From Nemertoderma westbladi (lineage: Eukaryota > Animalia > Xenacoelomorpha): DNA of 64,000 nt. Shown piece after piece: positions 1 through 12,982 of the stretch. The notes below the pieces were generated by a model. The model saw only the letters and a list, made by a program, of their open reading frames with translations. It was not told where the DNA came from and searched no databases. Positions within the stretch are counted from its first letter, which is position 1, and each line of letters begins with the position of its first letter. The stretch lies in the NCBI GenBank assembly GCA_032718475.1, contig JAUCBJ010007366.1, positions 1 to 64,000 of the forward strand, in the 5' to 3' direction. The position numbers and the translations under genes are program-made.

Positions 1-756
1 TGCGGTATGCAAATGTTAAGATATAGAAGAAACATTTGACCAACAGAAGCTATATATATAGCAGGTTTACTCAAAGCAATAATATGGACCAATAAGACGT
101 CAGGAATCTCAGTGAACAATTCCTTCACAATTAGAATATGGGTATAATGGCACTAGTGGCATGAAAAACCCTTACCAGAGAATAATCCAACAAGGACAGA
201 TAATATTAATAAATTTTTTTAAACTGGCCCTGCAACATGGACCTACTGACCTACATATCTGTACAGTGTACATTGACTTAGCAGCTATGAACTACCTAGG
301 TATGGTAGCTATTAATTAATATTAGCTTTGTACGTCTGTAACTTACCAATAGCCACTAAAAATAATAATATGAGTTAGTTACTCAGCCAGGCTCAGAAAG
401 TTTGACCAACATTGCCCATGGACTTGTTGGACTTTATCTTAATGCAGAAGTAACAAGCAAAGAGAGGTACAACTTTTGCAAAATAACTTATTAATAATTA
501 CTTACTATTTGTATGTATTTAATTTATAATAGCTTTACTCAGATAATTATCAGTATATATAATTATATTAACTGTAACTAAATTATCTTGCTAGCCCTAT
601 TCCTATGAAGTTTGATGTCAGTGTGACACTATTACAACAACACAATCGAACAAAACAGGTTAATTAAGCACAATAGCTTAACAATACATTTACGGGCACA
701 ATAGCTGTCAAGCTGTCAAGCTTTAACTGTCATTGCGACCGACTTTTGTATTTCAG

Positions 757-941
757 AGCTAGTTATTCCCAAGTTCTGTGGAATGCGGAATTAGAGCAAA
801 TATTTGAAGATTAAGAAACTTGGCCTCTGCGATAACCCTATTGATGTTCTATCGCTCTACAAGTTCCACGTCATCAGCAACTTACCCGAACTCGCAAACT
901 TTGATTTCAGTCCAGTAACTCGTGGCAGTATTTTCGAGTGA
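757..941 (+). pseudogene. Possible LRR/LRRcap exon remnant (LRRC51-like)
   Basis: After the acceptor TTTTGTATTTCAG (ends 756) the frame reads ...MRN*SKYLKIKKLGLCDNPIDVLSLYKFHVISNLPELANFDFSPVTRG. This fits the LRRcap pattern LxxLxLxxNPI...YRxxVxxxLPxLxxxDxxxVT. There is an in-frame TAG at 792-794. Confidence 0.4.
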
Positions 942-1492
942 AAGCCAAACACGGAATAAACTGAGATCGCGAAGAGAAAAGAATACGATTACTGATTGAA
1001 TGCTATCGCGTATGGATAATGAATTGTTCGCATTAATAATTAACAAAAGTAATTGTCAATTTCTGTTAGTAATTTGTAGCTTTGTGCTATTACCAAAATT
1101 AGTGGTTTTCGTATTAATGGAATGGAAAGCCACAAATAAATGATTTTAAACTTTTGGTTGGTTGGAACAAGGAATTTTTACTTAATGTCTAAATGTGTTC
1201 TATGTCTATGAATTGGACTAATGTGAATTAATTACTCTTTACTTAATGCTATACATAATGTAGTTAATTTGTGCGAAATAGTGATGAATTATCCACATAA
1301 AATTTAATATTGGGAATATAAATAATATGGAATATGAGATAAATTTGCATTTGGCAAATTTACAATTATACATAAACTCTATCTTTTATGCCTTATGTGA
1401 TTATAATTAGTTGAATAATTTTTGGTAGTTTTTAAGTGTTTAGTTCCTTATGGTGTTAGTTAATTTCGCATTATAGACATATGGGTGTATGG

Positions 1493-1688
1493 ACATACAC
1501 CATGTCCTGGAATATAGTGTCGAACCTTATAGCGATTTGTTGATATTGTCGGACTATCGGACGGGACTATTGACGGCTATCTCTGGTTCAAATTTCATGG
1601 AATCTCATTAAGATTTGTAGAAAACTTTGGGGGGGGGGGGGTCCAGGTACCTGAATAACTACACTATATACCTGGACATGGTGTATGT
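1493..1688. mobile_element. Small MITE-like element with terminal inverted repeats
   Basis: ACATACACCATGTCCTGGAATATAGTGT at the left end is the near-perfect reverse complement of ACACTATATACCTGGACATGGTGTATGT at the right end. Confidence 0.6.
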
Positions 1689-2599
1689 ATGGGGAGAGTC
1701 AAAACTGCGAGCCATCAGCGAACTGTTATAATAAGCGGCCATCGGGGGCAGTCTGTCTATATGTAAAATTTCTAAACTATTGATAGACTACATATACCAA
1801 GTTTGGTTTCATTTTATCAAAGTTTGACAGATTTATTAGTGTTCCAATATTTCCAACAACAGAAGGGTATTTATTAGGTTTATTATGTATTTATTATTTA
1901 GGGGTAATTATACCCCTAGGCTAAAGGCCCACATGGGCTTACATGGCTCGCCACTCAAGACTTTGTATGAACAACTCAACACCAAATGAAACAAAAAATG
2001 CAACTTTGTCGCCAAAAGAAAAAAATACACGTTTAATTAATGTTTTTTTAAAATGTTTAATTGACTTTTAACCAAACGTTTATTAGGCATGTTACGGCCG
2101 CACAAAATTTATGTTTATTTTATGTTTGTTTCAAACGTTCCCACCAAACATTGATTAAGCGTGTTTCGGCTGGACAAAAACTCCGAGTACAAACGCTTAT
2201 CACAAACATAATTCAAACGTTTTCAACGTTTTAAAAAAATGTTAGTTTAATGTTTAAAATGCATTTTATGGTTTGCAGGGCTAGTCATGGTTAAAGATAT
2301 ACTGTGGGTGCCTTGCAAGTGGCCCGTAAGACTGTGATGTATTATAGGCTATAGTGTCATCATTAGTCAAATTATTTAATTTCATGTTGTGCAATTTACT
2401 CATATTGTGAAATTTATTCATGTTGTGCAATTTATTCATGTTGTGCAATTAATTTATGTTGTGCAATTTATTTGTTTAGAATAAATCTAAATACATTTGT
2501 ATAATAATTATATATAATTAAATTAATAATATCGCACCCTCCACCCACGCCCAGACTCAACTTCATCCCAAATAGTCCTTAATAAGACTAAAATTTGCC

Positions 2600-2970
2600 C
2601 CAAATAGGTTGTTAGGACACGAACAGACATGTTAGGACAACGATACGGGACACAAACACCCTATATGGGACAAAAACAACCTATTTGCGACAAATTGAAA
2701 TTAAGGCAATGATAATGAATTCTATATTCTTTAGAAACTAAACTATTTAAATTCACTAAGCAATTCACACCCTATACGGGACACAAACACCCTATATGGG
2801 ACAAAAAACACCATATATGGGACACATGCAAACCTATTTGGGACAAATATAAATTAAAGCTCTGATAATGAATTCTATATTCTTTTGAGTATTCCATTAC
2901 ATTTAGAAACTATTTAATATCATTATAAGCAATTCACACCCTATAGGCCTACTGGACACAAACACCCTAT
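2600..2970 (+). repeat. Degenerate tandem/direct repeat cluster
   Basis: Recurrent GGGACACAAACACCCTATAT and GATAATGAATTCTATATTCTTT blocks. Confidence 0.6.
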
Positions 2971-4179
2971 ACAGCTACAGTATGTACGTAGTAAGTACGA
3001 GTAGTATAAGTAGTAAGTACTGTGTATTATTCGGATTAAGAATGGAGAGTGGAGAAAGAATTGTCATTATATTATACATACACATCATTAAGTCCGTTAT
3101 GGTGAGGGAGTCATTAGTGCCCGCACCCCGCGCTGAATTTGGAAGTTAGCATAAGGCAATCCGTTTTTCTTCTTACTTCTACTTACTGTACGTACAGTGC
3201 GATACACTGCCGAAATTTATTACTTTACATACTGTACAGGTGTGACGTAATTGGTATTTTTCTAAATGACGTAAAGTAAAGTTAAGGAAGGAAACAAGAA
3301 GTAACGGGAGCTTCTTTCTCTCTTGGATGTTACCGGAAAAGAATGGTTACGCAACACAATCTCCCAAGGATGACCACTTCATAACTATTCAATCTTTTCT
3401 GTATCCCCATAAGCCAGGCGGCATATTATACTGTTGGATTTGTTAACATAAGACGTTGCCTTAACTGGCTTTAAAATTTATTGCTAATGCAGCTTTTTGT
3501 TTTCATGTTGGCATTTACTTTAGGGAATTTGCGCAACCGAAACAAAAAACTGTGCCCAGCCCGTGAGAATGCAGAGGCGTATTATATAGCCTATCGTATA
3601 CGATATTACAGTATGCTGTTATGTGTGACTTTTGTACTTATACCTACCCATATTGGTGTATTGATTGATGAGTTGGTGGAAAATAATATTGATCGATTAG
3701 AAGATTGATTCATTAAATTATATATTAGTTTACAGATATATTGGTTTACAGATATATTGGTTTGCAGATATACCAGTTTTCCAAAATTAAATTAATTCTA
3801 CATAACTGTAATAACGAACCTGCATGTACAGTATATAGGCGGGGTGAGTATTTTGTCAAAACTTATTGTATCATGTATCTATCTATCTTATGTATGCATC
3901 CATCTGCCATAAATCAGCAGTTACTTGCACAGTTTCGAGACTTCTCATAGTTATAAAGGTCGTCGTCTGCGTAGAAAAAATATTTTATGACAAAACAGGA
4001 TGAGCACAACGAGGCTTATAATGAAGAGTAGTACTACGTTGACTTTATACTCCTATAAACCACCTGGTTTCGGATATTATTGAACACAATATACCACAGT
4101 TTGTTCAGTACCGGTAGTGGAATGTTGCATATATACATCTATGTTGAGAATGATATGATGTCTTGTCGACAAACATACC

Positions 4180-4371
4180 AACCATGACATTTGCTAGATC
4201 ATCCGCATCTTCAAAGACAGTGTCCTTTAAGATGCATCTCAAGAAAATCATGGGCTGTCCACCATGCTTATTCACTCCTTGAGACTCCCTAAATACGAGA
4301 TTGTGCACTGGCTGGTCCTCACGGCGAAAGCAATGTCCTGCAAAGCGGAGGCGGCTTTGTTCTAGTGTCAA
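4180..4371 (-). mobile_element. RTE-clade LINE 3' fragment
   Basis: Translation SRLRFAGHCFRREDQPVHNLV...GGQP..FLR.ILKDT is the typical RTE C-terminus. A near-copy lies at 6962-7160. Confidence 0.75.
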
Positions 4372-4799
4372 GCTTTGGGGGACTATAGAGACACTTCCAA
4401 TGTTTTATAGTGTATTATTGGAGATGTTTTCATTATACTATACAGTGTACTTGACACAATTAATGACTAACGTCTAAACTGTCCATTTATGTGTTACTAT
4501 AAAGACTTTGCCGTAACTGGCTTTAAAAATTATTGCTAATGTAGCTTTTTGTTTCCGCTTTTTACCCTCAAACCGACAACCAGCCACTTCGACAAACATT
4601 TACTTTTTAACATTTACTTTACATTAATTGCATTATCATTATATAAATTTATACGTTTTAGGATACATGAAGTGTACAGAAAGACTCGATTAAATAAGGA
4701 GGACCTGACTGAGTTGAAGGAATGCGCAGCCTCTGAAGAATTGCTGTTACTTACATACAGAGTCGTCCTCCCGCCACTCATTAAAGAAACTTTGGTCGA

Positions 4800-4970
4800 T
4801 AAGAAAATATACAATAAAGACAACCAAGCAAAGAAAATATTAGAAGAATGTCATCCACACATGCCTAGAGATTACGCGCCACTACAAAGTGGCTGGTGAT
4901 GGAAACTGTCTCTATCGCGCTGTATTTCAAGGCTTTTACGGGAGGCTAACCCACGTTCGCCGCTACGAGT
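4800..4970 (+). pseudogene. Vertnin-like OTU cysteine-protease domain fragment (frameshifted)
   Basis: DNQAKKILEECHPHMPRDYAPL is followed, after a frameshift, by VAGDGNCLYRAVFQGFYG, which is the OTU catalytic GDGNCL motif. Confidence 0.6.
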
Positions 4971-5389
4971 CTGTCTGTAACTCTTATGAGTGTTATCAAG
5001 TGCCTTGGGGTACCTGCCGCACAACAGGAACACTCACGAAAGTTTGTTTATATACATATATTATCTAATATACATATCAATCAATCACTGTAAGGATTAG
5101 TTTCGGCGCTTATAAACTGATTCAAGGGAGTAAAGTGACAGTTACGTGTAAACCGTTCCGTTATATTGTGTTGTTGGCGAGTAAATGTACGTGTGACTTA
5201 CATATATTACAGAGGTAGGACACTATGTTGGACTTAGTGCGTGGTAAGCGCACAGTTCACTCGTGCTGCATATATAGTGTTAATAGATGATAGTTACTAG
5301 TTGGGGAATAATATTGCAGTACTATGGACGCACACACTCGCACTAAAATGAACCGAATCTATTACAGACAGGGCGCAGTCAGCACTAAC

Positions 5390-6569
5390 TGTTCGCGCTT
5401 TTAGACCTTTAGCAGTTTAACCTGCCAAATTTAGGTGTCTTCTAGGTTATAAATCGACTTTAGCCTATAACAAGTATTTGATACACATAAGTTACATTAG
5501 CCGAAGCCAGCCTATGCGCGATCATTCACCCACGGTTAAGGGAGACTGGATTCGGATGCTCTGACCTTATTGCGGTGTAGGCCTACTGTACTATTCGATT
5601 GATCGTTAATATATAATCTCGGACAAATATTATTCACTTTCGGGAAATATTAACAGTTCCTTTAGGACGTGGCGCTCTAAGTATGTAAACAGAGTTATGA
5701 CTTACACTAAACACAACGGGGTGGCTAATGATTCACGTATAAAGCGCATTCTTTAGGAAATGCTTTGTTATCTATCACACTCATGCACAATACCGCACAC
5801 TGCTGCACACTGATCTGCCGACCTTCACTAATTTTAATCATATATAAGGAGAACAGCAACTGACACATGTAGGGTCTATGAAATAGCATTCAATTCACTC
5901 CAAAACCACTATAAGGTAAGTCGCAATTGCTATATGTAACCGGTCTCTCTAACCTTCGGTATATCAAGAAGATTGGGGTTTTCTGATTATTTATCGATAT
6001 TCTCCAAATATAACAATATTCCATCAACTGATACAATTAATAACAGACAGTAAATAGCAGTAAAATAATGCGGTGAAAGGTATGTATAGTTATGATATGA
6101 CAAGTGGTAGATAGAGTTGATTTGATAACAGGTATACGTTTCTATGATCAAAGCCGTTCTAATGTTTGGCTAAAGTCTGAAACACAGAATAATTCCACAG
6201 CCGATGTTCTAGGCTTAGGAAAAAAGGTAAACAAAGACCATAATGCATTGCGCGATTTCCCGGAGGCTTCTGTGCAAATAAAATGAAAATCGCTCTGATT
6301 GGTCGAGTAAAAAAAGAACAAAGAAAGCTCTACGTGGACATATCAGCTGATAGATGTCGTCATCTGAACTACACTGTATCAAGAGTATTTTGTCGTATTG
6401 CGGCATAAAATCGCTAGTTATGTCCGCTAAAGTACACATACAGAAGAAATGGCTTTTTATGTCCACTAAAACACCTACACAGTAGGAAAACGGCTTTTTA
6501 TGTCCGCTAAAACACCTACAGAGTACTTTGCGGGGAAAATGACTAGCTAGATCCGCAAAAGCTTTTACA
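5390..6569 (-). mobile_element. Solo LTR of a subfamily related to the BEL/Pao element at 36356-54330
   Basis: The reverse complement begins TGTAAAAGCTT and ends GGCAGGTTAAACTGCTAAAGGTCT...AAGCGCGAACA, like the full element's LTR. Many internal blocks are shared (CCTAAAGGAACTGTTAATATTTCCCGAAAGTGAATAATAT). A 5-bp TSD CTAAC lies at 5385-5389 and 6570-6574. Confidence 0.9.
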
Positions 6570-6961
6570 CTAACCGTGTGGAAATCGAGTTGGTTTGATC
6601 TCTGGTCTTGTATATTCATCAACAATGGTAAAGCAATAATAGTAAATAATGTAATACAGCAATCTTAATATGATGTTAGGTTATGCCTGAGAGTAATGGG
6701 ATGAACATCGACTATATACACAAGCAATACTGCAAAAATAGAACAGCCAATATAGGATGCAAGAATACCTGTACCGGTTATAGTTACCAATGAGAGTTCA
6801 GCACTACCACAACTGCTGCTAGGCAACATATAAACAAGGTTCACGGTGGTATACAACATGAGTTAGACATAAATATCATACGCAGAGAAATTGAGTGATT
6901 CTCTGATAAAAATATAAGATTTCGATATACAGTTAGCGTGTGCAGCAAAAGCAGCTGCATT

Positions 6962-7160
6962 TTTAAGAATGCTGTGCCGGCTTGTCGACAAAATTGTGCC
7001 GCCACAACTCCCTATCACCCATGACATTTGCTAGATCATCCGCATCTTTAAGGCCAGTGACCTTTAAGATGCGTCTCAAGAAAGTCATGGGCTGTCCACC
7101 ATGCTTATTCACCCCATGAGGCTGCCAAAGCACAAGATTATGCACTGGCTGGTCCTTACG
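6962..7160 (-). mobile_element. RTE-clade LINE 3' end fragment
   Basis: RKDQPVHNLVLWQPHGVNKHGGQPMTFLRRILKVTGLKDADDLANVMGDRELWR; same family as 4180-4371 and 33224-33351. Confidence 0.75.
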
Positions 7161-7630
7161 CATCCTTACGCTGGTCCTTACGCTGGCAGTTAGCGTGTGC
7201 AGCAAAACCGTTCCCTAAAATTATATACAAGTTCAACAATCGTTCTATGAGTAACACAATATTGAGTTTTTTCGGAAATTTGCATGGAAAAGAGTATTAT
7301 ACAATCTTTCAACGATCAAAGGTGACTTCGATATCAAATACTCGCTACGTACAATTAAATGCGATAAACAATCTAACTAAAATTAAACGAAATTAATTAA
7401 GGTAGATCAACTTCCTCATATAAAACAATAAAGTTCGTTAAGTCACTTCCGGTAGGACTAAATATAGTATTCGATATATTTAGTTTTTTGACATTATTTT
7501 GTCGGGTTTCACATTATTTTGTCGCGAAATTAAAAGCAATGGTAAAATAACAGCTGGTGTTCATGATGAAATATGGCTTAATATGTTATACACAGTCATA
7601 GTAAAACTTGTTAGTTGCCAAGTTTTACTA

Positions 7631-9259
7631 CAGTAACGCTTTCAAATAACGTCCTATTGGATCCTAATAGGATCCTAATAGGAACCTAATAGGAAATAAA
7701 TAGCCTTTAGGAAATCACTTGGAATTTGCCTAATGCAAGTCTACCTAGAGCGGCTAAATATCAAAGCTAGAGGTGTCTGTCAATCAACCTCCCGGGATAG
7801 CTGAAAGTAGTAAAGAGAGCCGCTTTGTCTAGTGGTTGAGTTGTATTTCCCTTCCCCTGACTTATCTTACAACAATACTCCCCATAGGCTAATGTTAAAT
7901 ATACAAAGTTTTACACTACTGGCTTTAACTCAACATCTGGACACATTAACTGACCATACGGTAAAGGATCGCCGCTTGTGTAAAATAGGCCGGCCAACAC
8001 GTTGAGTGAGCCTCAACAAGTAGTTGGGCTGCTAAAGCGTAATCTGATTATATTCGGACGTCAAACTTTTAATAATTTTATTTAAATTATTGTGCGAACT
8101 TTTTAGATCTGGCAATTTTACCATTTCCATGGTATAATAAATATAATTTATAATTAATATTAATATGAATATGCCAAGAGGTTAAGTTTGTTACAAACCA
8201 CTAAACTCTGTTAATTCCTGTAGGATGTTATGTCATTTATTTGTCGTAGTGGTAGCGATACGGGTTGTGACATGTTGCGGAATCTGCTTGGAGAGTGTAA
8301 TGTGCTTTGTGGGTGTTATGTTTAAATACGGAACTATACGGGGGCTAGTCCCTAGCCCTCCTTGGGGACTAATCAATGACTTACTATTGGCCGAACGGAT
8401 ATTTAACTACACAATGAGATACAGCGTGTTAGGCAGTAAGTGGGCTGCTAATATATTTATTTTTAAGACTATAATAATAATTGAACACCCAATTATCTAC
8501 CCCTGTACTCCTCTTACAGCAAGCAGTGTTTGTATATAGTAAGCAGAATGTCAATGTGTATAGGAATTTCCCGTGGATAACATACATTTAATTAGTCGCC
8601 CAGTTTTAGCCCCTGTCTAATTGTTAATTAAACTAATAAATGAAAATAAACTAATATTTATTCTATTAATAATTACACAAACATTGTGTTTTACTCTTTG
8701 TTACTCAAAATATGTTGAATAGTAATAAATACAGTGTGTGATCCTAAATTTATTTGTAAGTTCAATACGATTTCAAATTATTCCAGAGCCCACCAGCCCA
8801 CGGACACGTTAACTATGTGCGGATGTGTGTGGATTTCATCTATTAGAGTTTATATTTCAAATAATTATTATTTACGTCAGAGGCTGGCAATACAAGGTAC
8901 AGTAGGAGGAGTGTAATTTTCCATCGATATCCATACCTCAATGTAATGAACTGAACACTACGCAAACTTTAGGCTGAGTCTAGTCCATTCTATACAACTT
9001 AATGATTGACAGGATAGAGAAGAAGTAGACCAGCACAAGCATAGTCTGAGTCAGTCCACCTTCAGACATCAAAGTAAGCGCCGATTTCCAAGTAAATTCC
9101 TAATGAAATCCAAGTCAAATCCTAAGTGCCTCCAAGTCTGGAATTTGGGCTAAATTTCATTTCCAATTAAATCCTAACTCCAATAGTAGTGAATCAGTGA
9201 CTTGGATCCTAATAGGATCCTATTAGGAACCAATACGACGTTATTTGAAAGCGGTACTG
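7631..9259. mobile_element. Non-autonomous TIR element flanked by TA
   Basis: TA|CAGTAACGCTTTCAAATAACGTC at the left end and GACGTTATTTGAAAGCGGTACTG|TA at the right end. Subterminal GGATCCTAATAG repeats occur at both ends. Confidence 0.75.
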
Positions 9260-9989
9260 TAGTAGGCTATAAGGAAAGGCAATGTTTACTCACACATAAA
9301 GCTGTTGGTTTCTAATGTATTACCCCATAAGCTGATTGCTCTCCCAGTGCTTCCTAAGGGTATATCTACAATAAGGTTACTCACTCTGCTATGTTAGGGG
9401 GTGGATCAGGAGAATGAATTTTAGTTACACAAAGCAGTGTGTTGTGTCCTATTGCAGTTGTTACTCACTGTGGATTGCAAAATCTTTTATAGTTGACCTA
9501 CAGTATAATACAGTAGTTGCATGTATTTAAGGAGCCCGCTCTGGCCTACCGCCTAACTTAGCAGGAGTACCTATATTACATATTCACATAGGATTCACGG
9601 GAAGAGATATTCCGCTTGACGACGGGGTAATACCTATAGAAGGAAACTAAATTTGTTATTTGGCTCTATTCGTTGTTATTTATCTGGTCGTGCATCATGG
9701 GCATTTTTTATAGATATTCGGTAATCGTATCTTATATCTTGTAAACGTGCTTGATAATGAAATTATTTGCTTCATATTATATTTTTGTTTGTGGTAGCTA
9801 AGTTGCATTTTTAATTTTGTGGGGCGAGCCACAAAGTCAGCTAGTCTCACGCCTTGCAGTTTAGACAATTGTTTAGTTTACTTACTGATGACTGACATAG
9901 TTCTTTGTAATAGTCTTGGCTAGGATTTTTCCCCCGGGCTCCTTCCAGCAGCTTGCTGGATTTCTAGTTCATAGAAGCAACTTTCCTGA

Positions 9990-10510
9990 TCAATTGCAAA
10001 TATTTCTTCTATGGTGCAAGATCATCCGTTTGTGCAACATGTACTGCATTCTAAGAATGAAGTGCCAACTGTTGTACTCTTTACTGATGATCAAATGCGT
10101 GATGTTAATAATTACTGTTGCACTGGTCGATGTGTCCTGGCGTTCGATAAGACATACAATTTGGGGGATTTGTATGTAACACCTTCAACATTTAAATGTA
10201 TGTCTGTCATAAACACAGATAGCAACGATCACCCATTATTCTTAGGACCCACAATGGTTCATGCATCCTCCAACTGTCACACTTAAAAACCTTCTTCCTA
10301 AATTCAATAAAAAGCAGGCTTGGGGAAAATTTTATAAAACTTATAATTGGTTCAGATGAGGAAGGTGGATTACATAAAGTTATTAAAGATGTATTTCCGT
10401 ATCCTATTCTACTCTGTGGTTTACACATTAGAAAGAACATCAGCAAAAAAATCACCGATATAGGATTGGATAAGCCGGCGCGTTTCAGAATTCTTGAGGC
10501 AATTTATGGA
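9990..10510 (+). pseudogene. Mutator-like DDE transposase core fragment (frameshifted)
   Basis: LAFDKTYNLGDLYVTP...HPLFLGPTMVH (first D), then in another frame IGSDEEGGLHKVIKDVFP..ILLCGLHIRKNI (second D plus CxxH motif). Confidence 0.65.
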
Positions 10511-11494
10511 ATTACTTTTTTTGACTTACGGTCTTTTTACATTACACGGCAGAATTGGTGTTATAATATCTTCACAAGGAAATAAGCAGAAAGCCAACAG
10601 TGATAGAGTCGTCTAAGAGTGTCGGTTTGCCATTTTGTTTGTCGGTTTGTGTTTATTGCTGCCGGTGATTGTCGGTTTGAGGGTTGACTACCAAAGGCAA
10701 CTTTTACATAGGCCTACACCGATATAAACAAAATAATTCCCTATTTCATAATGGCAAAATGCCACTTGCACCCTCCCTCAGAGAGACCACTATCACCACA
10801 CTTAGCTATTCATTTCTTCCGGAGTAATTTTTATATTTTGAGAATTACTTACAGTGTATTATGTAGAATGAATTTAATTTAGGAAAATATAGATTTTTGA
10901 AGTCTATCTGTCAACCAATCTTTCAATCGATCAATATATTATTCCACCAACACATCAATCAATTACATCAATATACACTGTATACAGTAGGTATACCTGA
11001 ATTGTATAAGTAAAAAAGTAACAAAAAGTAAAACACATTATCTTATAATATGCTATATTGCGCCTCTTCATTCTCACGGGCTGGGCAGTGGGCACCGTTT
11101 TTTGTTTCGGTTGAGCAAATTCCATAGTATTTATAATACCAACACAAAAACAAAAAGCTGCATTAAACATTTTAAAGCCAGTTAAGGAAAAGTCTTATGT
11201 TAACAAATCCAACAGTACAATATGCCGCCTGGCTTATGGGGATACAGAAAAGATTGAATAGTTATGAAGTGGTCATCCTTGGGAGATTGTGTTGCGTAAC
11301 CATTCTTTTCCGGTAACATCCAAGAGAGAAAGGAGCTTCCGTTGCTTCTTGTTTCCTTCCTTCACTTTACTTTACATCATTTAGGTAAATACATACCAAT
11401 TACGTCACACAATGTGCAGCTGTATGTAAAGTAATAAATTTCGGCAGTGTATCGCACTGTACTGTATGTTAGAGTAGGCCCTATAGGAACGGAT

Positions 11495-11900
11495 ACCGCA
11501 GAAATATACCACCGACAAAAGTCTTACAACCACCGACAAAAACTAATAATAAAAGAAACACACCGACATATGAAAAACACTAACGATTTTTACCATTACG
11601 CTATGCAATATAATAATTAAAAACAGATAATGTATGAAGGCGGTATTTTATTTTAAAGAAATTATCATGACTAATTATACCACCGACAACAGGCCGACAG
11701 TGGACAATATAATTTGTTATAAATATTTGGATTGTAAATAAAAATTGTATATTCATGTACAGAAATAGTTTACTAACATTGCCGAAGTTATCGATATACT
11801 GTCGGTTTGCGATTTTATGTGTCGGTTTGTTTCGGCTTGTGTCTTTTGTTGTCGGTGGTATGCGAAAGGTGTCGGTGGTTGTCGGTGGTGTATTTAGTCA
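11495..11900. mobile_element. MITE-like foldback with inverted ACCGACA/TGTCGGT subrepeats
   Basis: CACCGACA repeats on the left mirror TGTCGGTG repeats on the right. Similar motifs occur at 10615-10720. Confidence 0.5.
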
Positions 11901-12810
11901 AACCCATATTAATGATAGATACTGTAGTTATCCCAACGATGAGATTCTAATTCTCAAATTAATTTATACTGTACAGAATTTTATGGCGATTCTAATGGCA
12001 TAATTTTTAGAATGCCAATGTTAAAATTTCACTGCCGGTTTCCAAATGAAATTTAGCAATATTTTCTATCTGTCTATGGAGAAATTTCATTCTGAGAGCG
12101 TTTTCCGCGGACACATTCTGGCTGTAAATTGGACAAATTGTGACCAGTGTTCCTGATTGAATTACCCCAAAATAGTTGTTTTTGAGCCTTTGTTTTGGAA
12201 ATTTTATTTACCCCAAAATATGGCAAAATGACGAATTACCCCAAAAAAATGACGAATTTTACCCCAAAAAAATTAAAAATTTTTTCTTCACTCTCGTTTA
12301 TTGTTTTGGTTAAAAAAAAAACTTGCCACGGTAACCTGCTCCTTTCCCTTGCCGTTAATATACATTGTTGGCTTATTTTGGGGTATTTTGGGGTGATCAG
12401 GTGATTTATTTGCTTCAAAATTGCATCGTCGCGTGGCGCGCATAAAATATCGTCGGCGCGCTATCCGGCGCACTTTTTGGATGGATTCAATTTCCATACA
12501 GGTACCGCAGTACAGCAGTACCGGCAGACCGGTATCAGACAACTGCAGTACTGCCTAGTGCATACAGGCATAGCTGCCTAGTTCTGCTACTGCACTGCAG
12601 TACCGGTACTGCCAAACAGGACTGCAATATATCCAATTGCTGAATTGTCAGATTGCAGATTGGGCAGTTGGGCAGTTGGGTTTGATTTCAGGTTCAGCAT
12701 CAGCAGTGCAGTGCTCACGTTCCACGTTCAGACAGTCAGACGTATCTGCGTATCGTTACCCTGTCAGCCTGTTACCGTTTACCGTATTCGTGAAATTTAG
12801 GCCTACAGAG

Positions 12811-12982
12811 ATGAGTTTCTTATTTGGAAAAAAGAAGAAGGTAGAATCAGCTTCTCCCCAAGAAGCGATTACAAAACTCAGAGAAACTGAAGAGATGTTG
12901 AATAAAAAACAAGAGTTTCTCGAAAAGAAGATTGGTCAGGAATTACAAATAGCAAAAATTCAAGGAACAAAAAATAAACGAG
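12811..12982 (+). CDS. CHMP4: CHMP4/Snf7 (ESCRT-III subunit) coding exon 1
   Basis: MSFLFGKKKK...SPQEAITKLRETEEMLNKKQEFLEKKIGQELQIAKIQGTKNKR; phase-1 GT donor at 12983. Confidence 0.95.

Larger units (their letters stand above)
3195..11459. mobile_element. 8.3-kb DNA transposon relic with ~500-bp TIRs (TA|CAGTG...CACTG|TA), containing nested insertions
   Basis: 3195-~3710 is the reverse complement of ~10920-11459 (e.g. CAGTGCGATACACTGCCGAAATTTATTACTTTACATAC). Both ends are flanked by TA. Confidence 0.8.
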
